This document shows positions 40,725-50,911 of a stretch of 64,000 nt of DNA, piece after piece. Below the pieces are notes generated by a model, which did no database searches, was not told the DNA's origin, and worked only from the letters and a program-made list of their open reading frames with translations. The stretch lies in assembly GCA_963734955.1 (NCBI GenBank), contig CAVTJO010000006.1, positions 411,458-475,457 of the forward strand. The letters run 5' to 3'. The position numbers and the translations under genes were made by a program. Within the stretch, counting starts at the first letter, position 1, and each line of letters opens with the position of its first letter. The stretch comes from an uncultured Bacteroidota bacterium. Lineage in GTDB: Bacteria; Bacteroidota; Ignavibacteria; UBA10030; UBA6906.

Positions 40725-40805
40725 TCTGGCTGCTGTTCTTGAATGTCGTGCCTCTTCTTCTTACCTTGAACAGGTCTTTCCTCTCACTCCAGGCGGTCTT
40801 TTTCC

Positions 40806-42115
40806 ATGTCACGGTCCTTGGTAGCAATCGTCGGCCGTCCCAACGTCGGCAAGTCGACATTGTTCAATCGGATTATCGGGCAACGCAATGCGATTGTGCA
40901 CGATGATCCGGGCGTTACGAGGGATCGCCATTACGCCGATGCGGATTGGGCCGGCAGAACGTTCTCTCTTGTCGATACCGGTGGGTACGTCCCGGCGTCG
41001 GAAAATGTCATCGAAGCTGCAATTCGCGAGCAGGCTGAGGTCGCCATCGATGAAGCAGATGTCGTCTGTTTGTTGTTGATGGAGAGACAGGCCCTATGCC
41101 GGCAGACATCGAAATAGCTGGCATTCTGAGAAAAGCGCAGAAAAAGGTCGTCCTTATCGTCAATAAGATTGATAGCGAAAAACGCGAGCCTGCACTTGGG
41201 GAATTTTACAGGCTGGGGCTCGGTGAACCCATTCCAACATCGGCCCTCCTCGGGCGTAAGACCGGCGACCTCCTGGACATCATCACCGCGGATTTTCAGG
41301 AAGGCGAGATGGATGATTCAGACCGTCGCCTGAAGATTGCAATTATCGGCAAACCCAACGTTGGTAAATCCTCCCTCGTCAATGCACTCCTCCAACAGGA
41401 ACGCAATATTGTGACACCTGTTCCAGGAACCACTCGCGATCCGATTGATGCAGTCCTGAAATATTTCGGCGAGGAGATTGTCCTCGTTGACACTGCCGGA
41501 CTGCGGCGAAAAAGCAAGATCAAGGAGAGTGTGGAGTTCTTTAGTACTGTACGAACTCTCAAGAGCATTGAGCGGTGCGACGTCGCCGTGGTGATGATTG
41601 ACGCCCAACAGGGGCTGGAGCATCAGGACTTGAGGATCATCGAGACAGCGGTTGAACGCAAACGGGCGGTGGTCATAGCAGTGAACAAATGGGATGTGAT
41701 CGAAAAGGATGACACGACCGCCAAGACACTTGAGAAAGCTCTCAAGGAGAAATTGCGCATTTATGATTTCATTCCAATCATCTTTATTTCTGCACTTGTC
41801 AAGCAGAGAATCTATAAAGTAATCGAGCTGGCAAAGATGGTGGATGCCGAGCAAAACAAACGCATTGCCACCAGCGAGCTGAACGATCGCCTCCGAACGG
41901 ATATCGAACTCTTTCCTCCACGCAGCAGATCCGGGAAGGAAATCAAGGTCAACTACGTCACCCAGGTAAATTCAAAACCACCGGTGTTTGCATTCTTCTG
42001 CAACGAGCCCACCCTGATTGATGATAACTACCGGAGATATCTGGAAAACAAGATCCGGGAACATTTCGTATTCAGCGGTGTTCCGGTTGTGCTGTCGTTC
42101 AAAAAAAAGAACTGA
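40806..42115 (+). CDS. der: Ribosome-biogenesis GTPase Der (EngA), interrupted by a frameshift near 41060-41085
   Basis: Two GTPase domains ([12 protein letters not shown] and [12 protein letters not shown]). [21 protein letters not shown] continues in the -1 frame. Confidence 0.8.
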
Positions 42116-42121
42116 CTTCGG

Positions 42122-43477
42122 ATGGCAAAGCGTATTCTTGTCATAGGCGGTCTGGCTGCGGGACCGAGTGCTGCGAGCAAGGCGGTTCGCACAAGCCCCG
42201 ATGTCGAAGTGGTTCTTTTCGAGCAGGGGGAACACATCTCATACGGGATATGTGAGATTCCGTACTACATCGGCGGGGAGGTGAAAGAAGAGGGCCTCGT
42301 CTCATATACCCCTGCGAGGTTGAAAGAGAAAAAGGGCGTCACGGCGTTTACGTTACACAGGGTCGAGGAGATTCAGCCGACGAAGCGGACAATTGTCGTC
42401 CGTGACTTGCGGTCGGGAACAACAGTTGCGGAGAAGTATGATCGCCTCATCATTGCCACAGGATCACGACCAAGGACACTGGGAATTCCCGGTGAGGATT
42501 CACGCAACGTTTTTCACGTCAAGTCTCTGGATGAAGGGCTGCGTATCAGGAAGTTCATTGACGAGGAGAAACCGCGGCATGCTGTCATTATCGGCGGCGG
42601 TTATATCGGAATGGAAATGGCCGATGCCCTCAGACGGCGCAATCTCGACGTGACGCTGCTGCACAAACACAGCCTTCCGATGGTCGGTCTTGAACGGGAA
42701 ACACGTGAGATCGTCCGACACCAGCTCGAACAGCACGGAGTGAATTTTGTTTCACAAGCTATGACGGAAGGTTTTGTTGTTGACAAGCAGCAAAGAGTGA
42801 CACATGTCGTGACGTCGACCGGATCCTTTGAAACCGATCTTGTCATCCTTGCGCTCGGAGTATTGCCGAACTCAGAGATTGCAAAGGCTGCGGGAGTGCA
42901 CGTCGGGACAATGAACGGCATCCTCACCGATCAGAGGCAGCAAACGAATCTTGACAACGTCTATGCCGCGGGCGATTGTTGTGAGGTGAAGAACCTGGTC
43001 AACAACAAATCCATGTACATTCCCCTCGCTACCATTGCCAGCAAAGCGGGTTGGACTGCTGGAGAAAATGCTGCAGGCGGTAAAGCGACTTTCCGCGGAG
43101 CCATTCGAGCAATCGGAGTGAAGGTGTTTGATCTTGAAGTGGTCCAGGTGGGGATCGGCTCGGAAGAGGCGAAGGATGCCGGATACGACATCGCGACGGA
43201 AACAGTCACAGGATGGAACAAGGTGGCGATTATGCCGGGAAGTACCAAGACGACCATCCACATGATTGCCGATAAGCGAACGAGGCGATTGCTCGGGGCG
43301 AATTTGTACGGAGAATCGGGAGAGGTCCTCAGGGCTAACGCCCTTGCGGTTGCCATCCAACATCGGATCACCATCGATGAGATTCGGCAATGGGATTTGA
43401 TCTACACGCCACCATTCTCGCCGCTGTGGGATCCGATACTTGTGGCAGCGAACGCCATGGCGAAGAAGTTGCGCTAG
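42122..43477 (+). CDS. FAD-dependent pyridine nucleotide-disulfide oxidoreductase (NADH oxidase / CoA-disulfide reductase family)
   Basis: ILVIGGLAAGPSAA, N-terminal redox Cys (SYGICEIPY), second Rossmann motif VIIGGGYIGMEMA, C-terminal dimerisation domain. Confidence 0.8.
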   Translation: MAKRILVIGGLAAGPSAASKAVRTSPDVEVVLFEQGEHISYGICEIPYYIGGEVKEEGLVSYTPARLKEKKGVTAFTLHRVEEIQPTKRTIVVRDLRSGTTVAEKYDRLIIATGSRPRTLGIPGEDSRNVFHVKSLDEGLRIRKFIDEEKPRHAVIIGGGYIGMEMADALRRRNLDVTLLHKHSLPMVGLERETREIVRHQLEQHGVNFVSQAMTEGFVVDKQQRVTHVVTSTGSFETDLVILALGVLPNSEIAKAAGVHVGTMNGILTDQRQQTNLDNVYAAGDCCEVKNLVNNKSMYIPLATIASKAGWTAGENAAGGKATFRGAIRAIGVKVFDLEVVQVGIGSEEAKDAGYDIATETVTGWNKVAIMPGSTKTTIHMIADKRTRRLLGANLYGESGEVLRANALAVAIQHRITIDEIRQWDLIYTPPFSPLWDPILVAANAMAKKLR

Positions 43478-43519
43478 CGGTTTGCGGTCGCGACCCATAA
43501 ATCCATTCCAGGAAGAGAC

Positions 43520-44146
43520 ATGAAGAACCTCACCATCATCGATCATCCTCTCATCAAGCGGGATCTCTCGATCCTGAGGGATCAAAGAACCAACAACCAC
43601 CTTTTTCGGACAACACTCAGACGGATTTCGTCGGTGATGGCGTTTGAAGTAACACGTGACCTCGGACTGAAACGAGGTACTGTCCGCACTCCATTGGAGA
43701 AAACCACCGGCTATACACTTGCCGAGGAGATCGTGATTGTGCCCGTACTGCGCGCAGGACTTGGATTGATTGAAGGGTTCCTTGATTTTCTCCCCGAGGC
43801 CCGAGTTGGTCACGTTGGCATTTATCGCAACGAGAAGACTCTGGAGCCTGTCGATTACTACTCAAAGTTTCCCCGTGTCCTCAACAAAGGGCTCGTTATG
43901 CTGCTGGACCCGATGCTCGCCACCGGTGGCAGCGGGACGGCGGCAATCTCATTCCTCAAGCAGAAGGGAGCGAAGAGAATCCGTTTCGTCAGTCTTCTTG
44001 CTGCTCCCGAAGGCGTCAGAAGAATCACAGCTGCTCATCCTGACGTTCGCATCTTCTCCACCGTCCTTGACCGGCAGTTGAACAAGCAAGGCTATATTCT
44101 TCCCGGCCTCGGCGATGCTGGTGATAGGATTTTCGGAACGGAATGA
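43520..44146 (+). CDS. upp: Uracil phosphoribosyltransferase
   Basis: Full-length UPRT homology (VMLLDPMLATGGS PRPP-binding motif). Confidence 0.9.
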   Translation: MKNLTIIDHPLIKRDLSILRDQRTNNHLFRTTLRRISSVMAFEVTRDLGLKRGTVRTPLEKTTGYTLAEEIVIVPVLRAGLGLIEGFLDFLPEARVGHVGIYRNEKTLEPVDYYSKFPRVLNKGLVMLLDPMLATGGSGTAAISFLKQKGAKRIRFVSLLAAPEGVRRITAAHPDVRIFSTVLDRQLNKQGYILPGLGDAGDRIFGTE

Positions 44147-44188
44147 GGTTCCCTCTTCATCGTTGTAGTTCACTCGCCTGCAGTGTTC

Positions 44189-44217
44189 TTGACATTCCCT
44201 GCCAAAGCACCTATATT
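44189..44217 (+). promoter_or_regulatory. Sigma-70-like promoter TTGACA-17-TATATT upstream of relA/spoT
   Basis: Exact hexamers, 17 nt spacer, about 60 nt upstream of the ATG. Confidence 0.35.
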
Positions 44218-44277
44218 TTTGAAGAGCGAACTTGCTTCCCCCGGACAGAACATGGGAGGTAAGGCGTCAAGGCAATC

Positions 44278-46461
44278 ATGACAAACCCCAAGTTTAAGAA
44301 GAAGTTAGACGATCTGTTGCTCATCTGTCAGAAGAACCTCCGGAAGGTGGATGACAACCTTATCCGTCGTGCGTTCGAGTTTGGATTCAACGCTCACCGC
44401 CACGACATCCGCGCCTCCGGAGAACCGTTCTTCGACCATCCTTACGAAGTCGCAAAGATCGTAGCCAAGGAAATTCCCCTCGATGATGTGTCTGTTGCCG
44501 CGGCCCTCCTCCACGATGTGGCTGAAGATACTGATTATGAAATCAATGACATCCGTGCAGAGTTCGGCGATACGATCGCTGAAATCGTCGACGGTGCCAC
44601 GAAGATCTCCGATATCTTCAAAAGTCACGAAGTGACTCAGGCGGAAAGCTACCGCAAAATGTTGCTCTCCATGGTCGACGACGTCAGAGTGATGCTGGTG
44701 AAATTCGCCGACCGTCTTCATAACATGCGCACGCTGGAGTATCTTCCCCCCGACAAACAGAAACGCCTGGCAAAAGAAACGCTTGACATCTATGCTCCGT
44801 TTGCCCATCGCTTCGGTCTCGCCAATATCAAATGGGAGCTGGAGGATCTCTCGTTCAAGTATCTGAACCGGGAGGCCTATGACATGCTTGTTCATGATAT
44901 CAAGTCACGGAGGCGGGAGCGCGAACACTACGTGAAGAAATTTGCGGAGCCGATCGAGAAGCGCTTGAAGGAGGCGGGTTTCAAGTTTGAAATCAGCGGA
45001 CGCCCGAAGCATCTCTTCAGCATCTACAACAAGATGCTGAAACGCAACAAATCCCTGGAAGAGATCTATGATCTCTTCGCCGTCCGCATCATTCTCGACA
45101 CGGACAACAGCAACGATTGCTTCACGGTCTACGGGATTGCCTCCGACATCTATACCCCCAATCCCGAAAGATTCAAGAACTATATTTCGGTCCCCAAGAA
45201 GAACGGGTATCAATCGATTCACACGACCGTGTTTGGTCCCGAAGGCAAGATGGTGGAGGTTCAGATCCGCACGCGCGGGATGCACGAGGTTGCCGAGCGT
45301 GGTGTTGCGGCACACTGGATGTACAAGGAAAACACGGCAATTGACGAAGAGCTCTCCAACTGGGTTACGTGGGTGAGGGAAATTTTCGAGAGTGCCGCCG
45401 AGGGTCAGGTGCCAACGCAGCAGTTGATGGAGAGTTTCAAGCTCAACCTGTACCAGGAGGAAATCTATGTCTTCACGCCGAAGGGCGAGTTGAAGATCCT
45501 CCCGAATGGCGCAACCCCGATTGATTTCGCCTACGAAATCCACTCGAAGGTTGGTGATCACTGCATTGCGGCGAAAGTCGGCGGACGAATTGTTCCCCTC
45601 GACACCCAACTGCGCAGCGGCGACCAGGTGGAGATCATTACATCGAAGAGCCAGACCCCGAATCCCGACTGGGAGAAATCATGCGTTACACACAAGGCGA
45701 AATCGCATATCCGTCGTTGGATGAGAGATGAGCAGCGCAAGGCGATTGAAGAAGGACGGGAGTTGTGGGAGAAGAAGGTGAAGAAGGCAAAGTTGAGCAT
45801 TAGTGAGGATGACCTCAACAAGTTCCTTGCGGAGAAACGACTTGAGAATGTCGGAATGTTCTACCTTGGTATCCGTCAGGAAAAAATCAACGCCGATGAG
45901 ATCGTCAAGATGATCCAGGATGAGCAGAAGCATCCTGCTGCGGTCGTCACAGAGGAAGGAAGGATCGAAGGGCTCTTCGACAAGTTTGTCTCCTCGGCAC
46001 GTGGCATAGCCGGCGGGATTGTCCTCGAAGGGAAACAGGAAAATTACATGCATAACTATGCCAAATGCTGTAACCCCATTCCGGGCGATGATGTTGTAGG
46101 ATTTGTGACGACGGGTGAGGGAATCAAGATCCACCGTCGCTCCTGTCGGAACATCAAGCTCATGATGGGGATGGATGTGAAGAGGTTCGTCGAGGTTGGT
46201 TGGCCGCTGGAGAATGGGCATATGTTTGTCGCCGCCGTGAGAATCTCGGGAGATGATCGGCCCGGCATGCTCAGCGATATCACGCATGCAATTTCCACGT
46301 ATCTGAACACCAATATCCGGAGCGTTAATCTCGACTCCGAGCATTCAATGTTTCAGGGAACATTCATCCTGTACGTGAAAGATACCGAACACCTTTCCCG
46401 TATTCTCGAGCGTATCAGGAAAATCAAGGGTGTGAGGAGTACGGAACGCCTTGAAGAGTAA
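44278..46461 (+). CDS. Bifunctional (p)ppGpp synthetase/hydrolase RelA/SpoT family
   Basis: HD domain (HDVAEDT), synthetase domain, TGS and ACT regions over 727 aa. Confidence 0.9.
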   Translation: MTNPKFKKKLDDLLLICQKNLRKVDDNLIRRAFEFGFNAHRHDIRASGEPFFDHPYEVAKIVAKEIPLDDVSVAAALLHDVAEDTDYEINDIRAEFGDTIAEIVDGATKISDIFKSHEVTQAESYRKMLLSMVDDVRVMLVKFADRLHNMRTLEYLPPDKQKRLAKETLDIYAPFAHRFGLANIKWELEDLSFKYLNREAYDMLVHDIKSRRREREHYVKKFAEPIEKRLKEAGFKFEISGRPKHLFSIYNKMLKRNKSLEEIYDLFAVRIILDTDNSNDCFTVYGIASDIYTPNPERFKNYISVPKKNGYQSIHTTVFGPEGKMVEVQIRTRGMHEVAERGVAAHWMYKENTAIDEELSNWVTWVREIFESAAEGQVPTQQLMESFKLNLYQEEIYVFTPKGELKILPNGATPIDFAYEIHSKVGDHCIAAKVGGRIVPLDTQLRSGDQVEIITSKSQTPNPDWEKSCVTHKAKSHIRRWMRDEQRKAIEEGRELWEKKVKKAKLSISEDDLNKFLAEKRLENVGMFYLGIRQEKINADEIVKMIQDEQKHPAAVVTEEGRIEGLFDKFVSSARGIAGGIVLEGKQENYMHNYAKCCNPIPGDDVVGFVTTGEGIKIHRRSCRNIKLMMGMDVKRFVEVGWPLENGHMFVAAVRISGDDRPGMLSDITHAISTYLNTNIRSVNLDSEHSMFQGTFILYVKDTEHLSRILERIRKIKGVRSTERLEE

Positions 46462-46467
46462 CCACCG

Positions 46468-46914
46468 ATGAAAGCCTTACCCGGCCGAATTCTTTCCGTC
46501 GACTATGGCACAAGGCGCGTTGGTGTGGCAGTCAGCGATCCCATGCGTGTAATCGCACAGGGCGTTACGACGCTGGACAATGACAATACCTTGATCGAGA
46601 AGTTGTCGGGAGTGATCCATCAGCATGAAGTTGTCCATGTGGTGGTCGGGATGCCGTATAGCGCTGATGGGGGGAAGGGAGCCAAGGCGATGGAAGTCGA
46701 GGAATTCATCGGCCGCTTGAAAATCGCCGTTGAGCTTCCTATTGAGACCTGGGACGAAAGCTACTCATCCGTGAATGCGCATCGCGTTTTCGTCGAAACA
46801 GGGATGAAGAGAAAGAAACGGCGGGAGAAAAGAAGGGTGGACGAGATGGCTGCGCGTCTCCTGCTCCAGGAGTATCTCGATCATCACGGAACACCTGCTG
46901 CCGGTAACGGTTGA
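46468..46914 (+). CDS. ruvX: Holliday-junction resolvase-like RuvX (YqgF)
   Basis: ILSVDYGTRRVGVAVSD N-terminus, RNase H-like fold motifs. Confidence 0.85.
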   Translation: MKALPGRILSVDYGTRRVGVAVSDPMRVIAQGVTTLDNDNTLIEKLSGVIHQHEVVHVVVGMPYSADGGKGAKAMEVEEFIGRLKIAVELPIETWDESYSSVNAHRVFVETGMKRKKRREKRRVDEMAARLLLQEYLDHHGTPAAGNG

Positions 46915-46956
46915 TCGGGTTGAAGAGAGTATAGTGTTGAAATCATTGGTACTGCC

Positions 46957-47799
46957 ATGAATGGTGTGCAGCGTCGTTTTGAGTGGATGGGTCAACATCC
47001 TATGAAGACGCTTGCCATCGTTGTCGGGTTGTTCCTCCTCTATGAACTTCTCACCATTCCATATCTGAGCATAGCAAACCTGGGAACGCAAAACCCCTCG
47101 GAGACGGCACTCATGCTGCAACGGGTGCGGGAAGCTGAACAGGACGGGAAGAAACTCAGGGTTGTGCAGCGATGGGTTCCCCTTTCACACATTTCGAAGA
47201 ATCTGATTGAAGCCGTTATTGTTGCGGAGGACGGAACTTTCTACTCCCACGGTGGAGTGGATTGGTTCGAGGTACGGGAATCAATTGAGAAAAATATCGA
47301 TGAGGGTCGGGCAGCGCGGGGTGCGAGCACGATTACGCAGCAGCTTGCCAAGAACCTGTTCCTGTCTACCTCGAAGGATCCAATCAGGAAACTGAAAGAG
47401 CTCATTATCACGCTGCTGTTGGAACACCAGTTGACCAAGAGCAGAATACTCGAGATTTATCTCAATGTTATTGAATGGGGCCGAGGTGTCTATGGCGCCG
47501 AAGCGGCAGCGCAAACCTACTTTGGAAAGCCTGCAAGCGCTTTGACGCTTGATGAGGCCACGCGACTTGCAGCCATTATTCCAAGCCCGTTACGGCACCG
47601 ACCCAATGACAACAGCCGCTACGTGATGCGACGAAAGGGCATCGTTCTGCGGCGGATGGAGGCACGATATTCGACTGATCAGCCACAGAATGAGGAGAAT
47701 CCGTCAAGCGATACCATCGATCAACACCCTTCAACCGACACGCCGACCGGGCAGGAAGATTCTACTGACATTGAAGAGGAAGCAAACCATGGACTATAA
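46957..47799 (+). CDS. mtgA: Monofunctional biosynthetic peptidoglycan transglycosylase
   Basis: GT51 motifs EDxxFxxHxG, GASTITQQ, RKxxE, plus N-terminal TM anchor. Confidence 0.85.
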   Translation: MNGVQRRFEWMGQHPMKTLAIVVGLFLLYELLTIPYLSIANLGTQNPSETALMLQRVREAEQDGKKLRVVQRWVPLSHISKNLIEAVIVAEDGTFYSHGGVDWFEVRESIEKNIDEGRAARGASTITQQLAKNLFLSTSKDPIRKLKELIITLLLEHQLTKSRILEIYLNVIEWGRGVYGAEAAAQTYFGKPASALTLDEATRLAAIIPSPLRHRPNDNSRYVMRRKGIVLRRMEARYSTDQPQNEENPSSDTIDQHPSTDTPTGQEDSTDIEEEANHGL

Positions 47800-48466
47800 G
47801 GACGTCAAACGATTGATTGAGCAAGGCGAAGGGTTTGAGATAGAGTTCAAGCGAAAGGTGTCCACGCCCGAAAAGATTGCCCGGGCCCTCATAGCATTTG
47901 CCAACACCAAAGGCGGGCACATCCTCTTCGGAGTTGACGACGACGGCTCGATTGTTGGAGTGGAAAGCGAGAAGAGCGAAGTGGAGATGATCAGGCACGC
48001 GGGGTTATTCTGCTGCTCTCCGGAGATCGAGCCGTTGATCGATATCGTGGCGTTTGATGGAGATGACGTGATCGTGGCGTATGTGCCTGAGAGCGATACC
48101 AAACCGCACATGTTTATCGGCTCCGGCAACGGGAATGGTTCGGAGCATGAGGAGGAGGAAACGAAGGTGTTTATCCGCGTGAACGACAAGACAGTGATGG
48201 CAAGCAAGGAAGTGGTACGGATTCTCCGGGATGAACGGGTTGATGCGCCTCCAATGCAGATCGAGGTCGGGGAGAACGAAAAACGTCTCTTTGGATATCT
48301 CAACGTCAACGAGCGGATCACCACCAAGGAATTCAGTCACCTGGTGAACATCTCGGAGCAGCGCGCTTCACGGATACTCACGTCCCTTGTTCGTGCGGGG
48401 GTCATACGCATCCACACAATGGAAAAGAGTGACTACTTCACTCTCGCCTATAACGTGTTCAAATAG
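47789..48466 (+). CDS. AlbA_2 (Schlafen-like, divergent AAA) domain putative DNA-binding regulator with C-terminal HTH
   Basis: FEIEFKR...IARALIAFANTKGGHILFGVDDDGSIVGV motif. Overlaps the mtgA end by 11 nt with its own RBS (GAAGAGGA). Confidence 0.6.
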   Translation: MDYKDVKRLIEQGEGFEIEFKRKVSTPEKIARALIAFANTKGGHILFGVDDDGSIVGVESEKSEVEMIRHAGLFCCSPEIEPLIDIVAFDGDDVIVAYVPESDTKPHMFIGSGNGNGSEHEEEETKVFIRVNDKTVMASKEVVRILRDERVDAPPMQIEVGENEKRLFGYLNVNERITTKEFSHLVNISEQRASRILTSLVRAGVIRIHTMEKSDYFTLAYNVFK

Positions 48467-48467
48467 A

Positions 48468-49004
48468 CTACCGTGCATTCCAGATTCTCACAAGGTCGAA
48501 CAGCGCGATGCCGTAAGCGACTGCGGCATTTAATGACTGTTTGGTACCATACATGGGGATGTCGATGGCAACGTCTGCTGTATCAATAATCTGTGGAGAC
48601 ACTCCCGTGATTTCATTGCCGATGACGAGACAAATCGGAAAATCCTGTTTCCGGATGGAGGTGTAGGGGACGCTCCCTGTGGTCTGTTCCAGCACGCACA
48701 CCTTTGCTCCCTCGGATTTTGCGGCCCTGATCGCATCAAGGGGATCGGCATGATACTCCCAGGGCACGCTCTTGGTTGAACCAAGAGCTGTCTTGTCAAT
48801 TTCTTTCCTTGGCGGATGAGGCGTGTATCCGCAAAGATACAGCTTTTGTATGAGAGCCCCGTCCGATGTTCTGAACATTGACCCGACATTATAAAGGCTC
48901 CGAATATTGTCCAGAAGCCCGTAGATGGGTAACCTCTTGGCTTTTGGAATCGCTTCCAGAGTCAGCCGCTTCGATAATATTTCGCCATGAGAGAGTTTTC
49001 GCAC
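48468..49004 (-). CDS. SpoU/TrmH-family RNA 2'-O-methyltransferase
   Basis: SPOUT motifs (NVGSMFRTSDG ... LVIGNEITGVS ... IPMYGTKQSLNAAVA). Confidence 0.8.
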   Translation of the reverse strand: MRKLSHGEILSKRLTLEAIPKAKRLPIYGLLDNIRSLYNVGSMFRTSDGALIQKLYLCGYTPHPPRKEIDKTALGSTKSVPWEYHADPLDAIRAAKSEGAKVCVLEQTTGSVPYTSIRKQDFPICLVIGNEITGVSPQIIDTADVAIDIPMYGTKQSLNAAVAYGIALFDLVRIWNAR

Positions 49005-49145
49005 AGGTTCTCCGTGAACAGCGCAGGAATATAAAGAAAAACATGTGTCTTCTCAAAGAAAAACGCTGCCAAACGCTATCAGGATGTGAAGCCGTTTGCG
49101 GTAGTAAACTGAATTGCGTATATTAATTGCCTCAAGACGTTCAGT

Positions 49146-49844
49146 GTGTGTTTGAGCAAGAGGAACCTGGTAATCGCGATAGACGGGCCCGCTGGCTCGG
49201 GAAAGTCGACGACGGCGCGATTCGTTGCGGATCGGTTGGGCCTCTTGCACATCGACACCGGCGCAATGTACCGGGCGGTAACGTTAAAGGTGCTTGAACG
49301 TGGTCTGAGCCCGCATGACGTTGAGGCGGTCTCCAACCTGATTGACTCGACCACGGTGGAATTGAAGCGAAGGGACTCCTCGTTACGCGTTCTCCTGGAT
49401 GCCAAAGACGTTACGGACCGTATCAGGGATCCTGATGTGACTCGTGCTGTCAGCGCCGTCAGCAGGATTCGTCATGTACGCCAGGCCATGGTGAAACAGC
49501 AACGGGCAATGGGTCTGAGTCAGGGGGTTGTGCTGGAAGGGAGGGACATCGGAACGGTGGTTTTCCCGGATGCTGACCTCAAGATCTTTCTTGTCGCATC
49601 GCTTGAAGCTCGTGCTGAACGACGCGAGAAGGAATTGGCGGGAAAAGGGATCAGCATCAGCCGGCCGAAATTGATGGACGAAATTGAGGAACGCGACAAA
49701 CTCGATTCAACGCGGGAAGAAAGCCCGTTGAGACGGGCGGATGATGCGATTGAGATCGACACTTCGAAGCTGAGTATTCTGCAGCAGGTGGGGTTCGTGG
49801 TGGAGAAAGCAAAAGAGATTCTGGACAGGATGAATAAAGAATGA
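49146..49844 (+). CDS. cmk: Cytidylate kinase
   Basis: IAIDGPAGSGKST P-loop and Cmk core. GTG start. Confidence 0.9.
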   Translation: MCLSKRNLVIAIDGPAGSGKSTTARFVADRLGLLHIDTGAMYRAVTLKVLERGLSPHDVEAVSNLIDSTTVELKRRDSSLRVLLDAKDVTDRIRDPDVTRAVSAVSRIRHVRQAMVKQQRAMGLSQGVVLEGRDIGTVVFPDADLKIFLVASLEARAERREKELAGKGISISRPKLMDEIEERDKLDSTREESPLRRADDAIEIDTSKLSILQQVGFVVEKAKEILDRMNKE

Positions 49845-50731
49845 AGGTTACCATCGATCAGCACTCCGGATTTTGTTGGGGTGTTGTCCGGACTATTGAC
49901 ATTGCCGAGGAGGAGCTCAAGGAGACCCCGACCATGTATTCCCTTGGCCCGATTATTCACAACCCGATGGAGATTGACCGGCTTGCGAACAAGGGCCTTG
50001 AGACGATCAGCCACGATGACTTTGAGCGACTCGAAGGTCAGAAGGTGCTCATCCGCGCCCATGGTGAACCACCTGCGACGTATGAGCTGGCGCGCAAACA
50101 CAGAATCACGCTTGTGGATGCAACATGTCCCGTAGTGACAAAAGTCCAGGAGCGTATCCGCAAGTTCTATGACAAGGGATATCAGATTGTCATCTTCGGG
50201 AAGAAGGATCATGCCGAGGTGGTTGGACTCGTCGGTGTGACGAACGGAGAGGCGGTCGTGATCAAGTCCGTGGAGGAGACATCGAAGGTTGATCCCAGGC
50301 GGAAGACAGTGCTCTTTTCCCAGACAACAATGGACAAGGGAACGTTCTACGAGATTGCAGGCGTCCTGAGAGAGAAAATCAAGGATCTTGAAGTCGGTAC
50401 GTTCGAAGAATCGGCCATTGACTTTCACGCCAAGGACACGATCTGCGGACAGGTTTCCGGGCGTGACAAGAAACTTCGGGAGTTTGCATCGCAGAACGAT
50501 ATCGTTATTTTTGTCGCAGGGAGGAACTCCTCCAACGGAAAAGTGCTGTTTGAGATTTGTCGTGAGGCTAATCCCAGTACGTATTTCGTTGAAGATGAGT
50601 CTGAATTGAAGCGTGAATGGTTTGAAGGAAAGGAAACGGTGGGAATCAGTGGTGCAACGTCGACCCCTCAATGGTTGATGGAGCGTGTGAAACTGGCCGC
50701 CGAAATCGTCGTTCAAACTGTAACGGTGTAG
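49841..50731 (+). CDS. ispH: 4-hydroxy-3-methylbut-2-enyl diphosphate reductase
   Basis: Full-length LytB/IspH homology with three conserved Cys regions. ATGA overlap with cmk. Confidence 0.9.
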   Translation: MKVTIDQHSGFCWGVVRTIDIAEEELKETPTMYSLGPIIHNPMEIDRLANKGLETISHDDFERLEGQKVLIRAHGEPPATYELARKHRITLVDATCPVVTKVQERIRKFYDKGYQIVIFGKKDHAEVVGLVGVTNGEAVVIKSVEETSKVDPRRKTVLFSQTTMDKGTFYEIAGVLREKIKDLEVGTFEESAIDFHAKDTICGQVSGRDKKLREFASQNDIVIFVAGRNSSNGKVLFEICREANPSTYFVEDESELKREWFEGKETVGISGATSTPQWLMERVKLAAEIVVQTVTV

Positions 50732-50911
50732 TTATAAGGAAGTGAGCATTCCGGAAACGGATGCACATAGTCATCACAAATACACTATATCAATAACTCA
50801 ACACGCCCTTGCAAGTGATCGTATGCGATGATTTGATGACGTCATTGCACACAGACCTTGCACGGATGTCCCGGCAAGCCCGGGACGGTATGTAAAACAA
50901 TCGGAGGATGA

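Noticed and set aside
42872-43813. 313 aa minus-strand ORF spanning the Nox-family gene and upp
   Set aside because: It is antisense to two conserved genes and has a low-complexity translation, so it is spurious. The same reasoning applies to 49520-50716 (antisense ispH), 57920-58933 (antisense amidase) and 44305-45609 (antisense relA).
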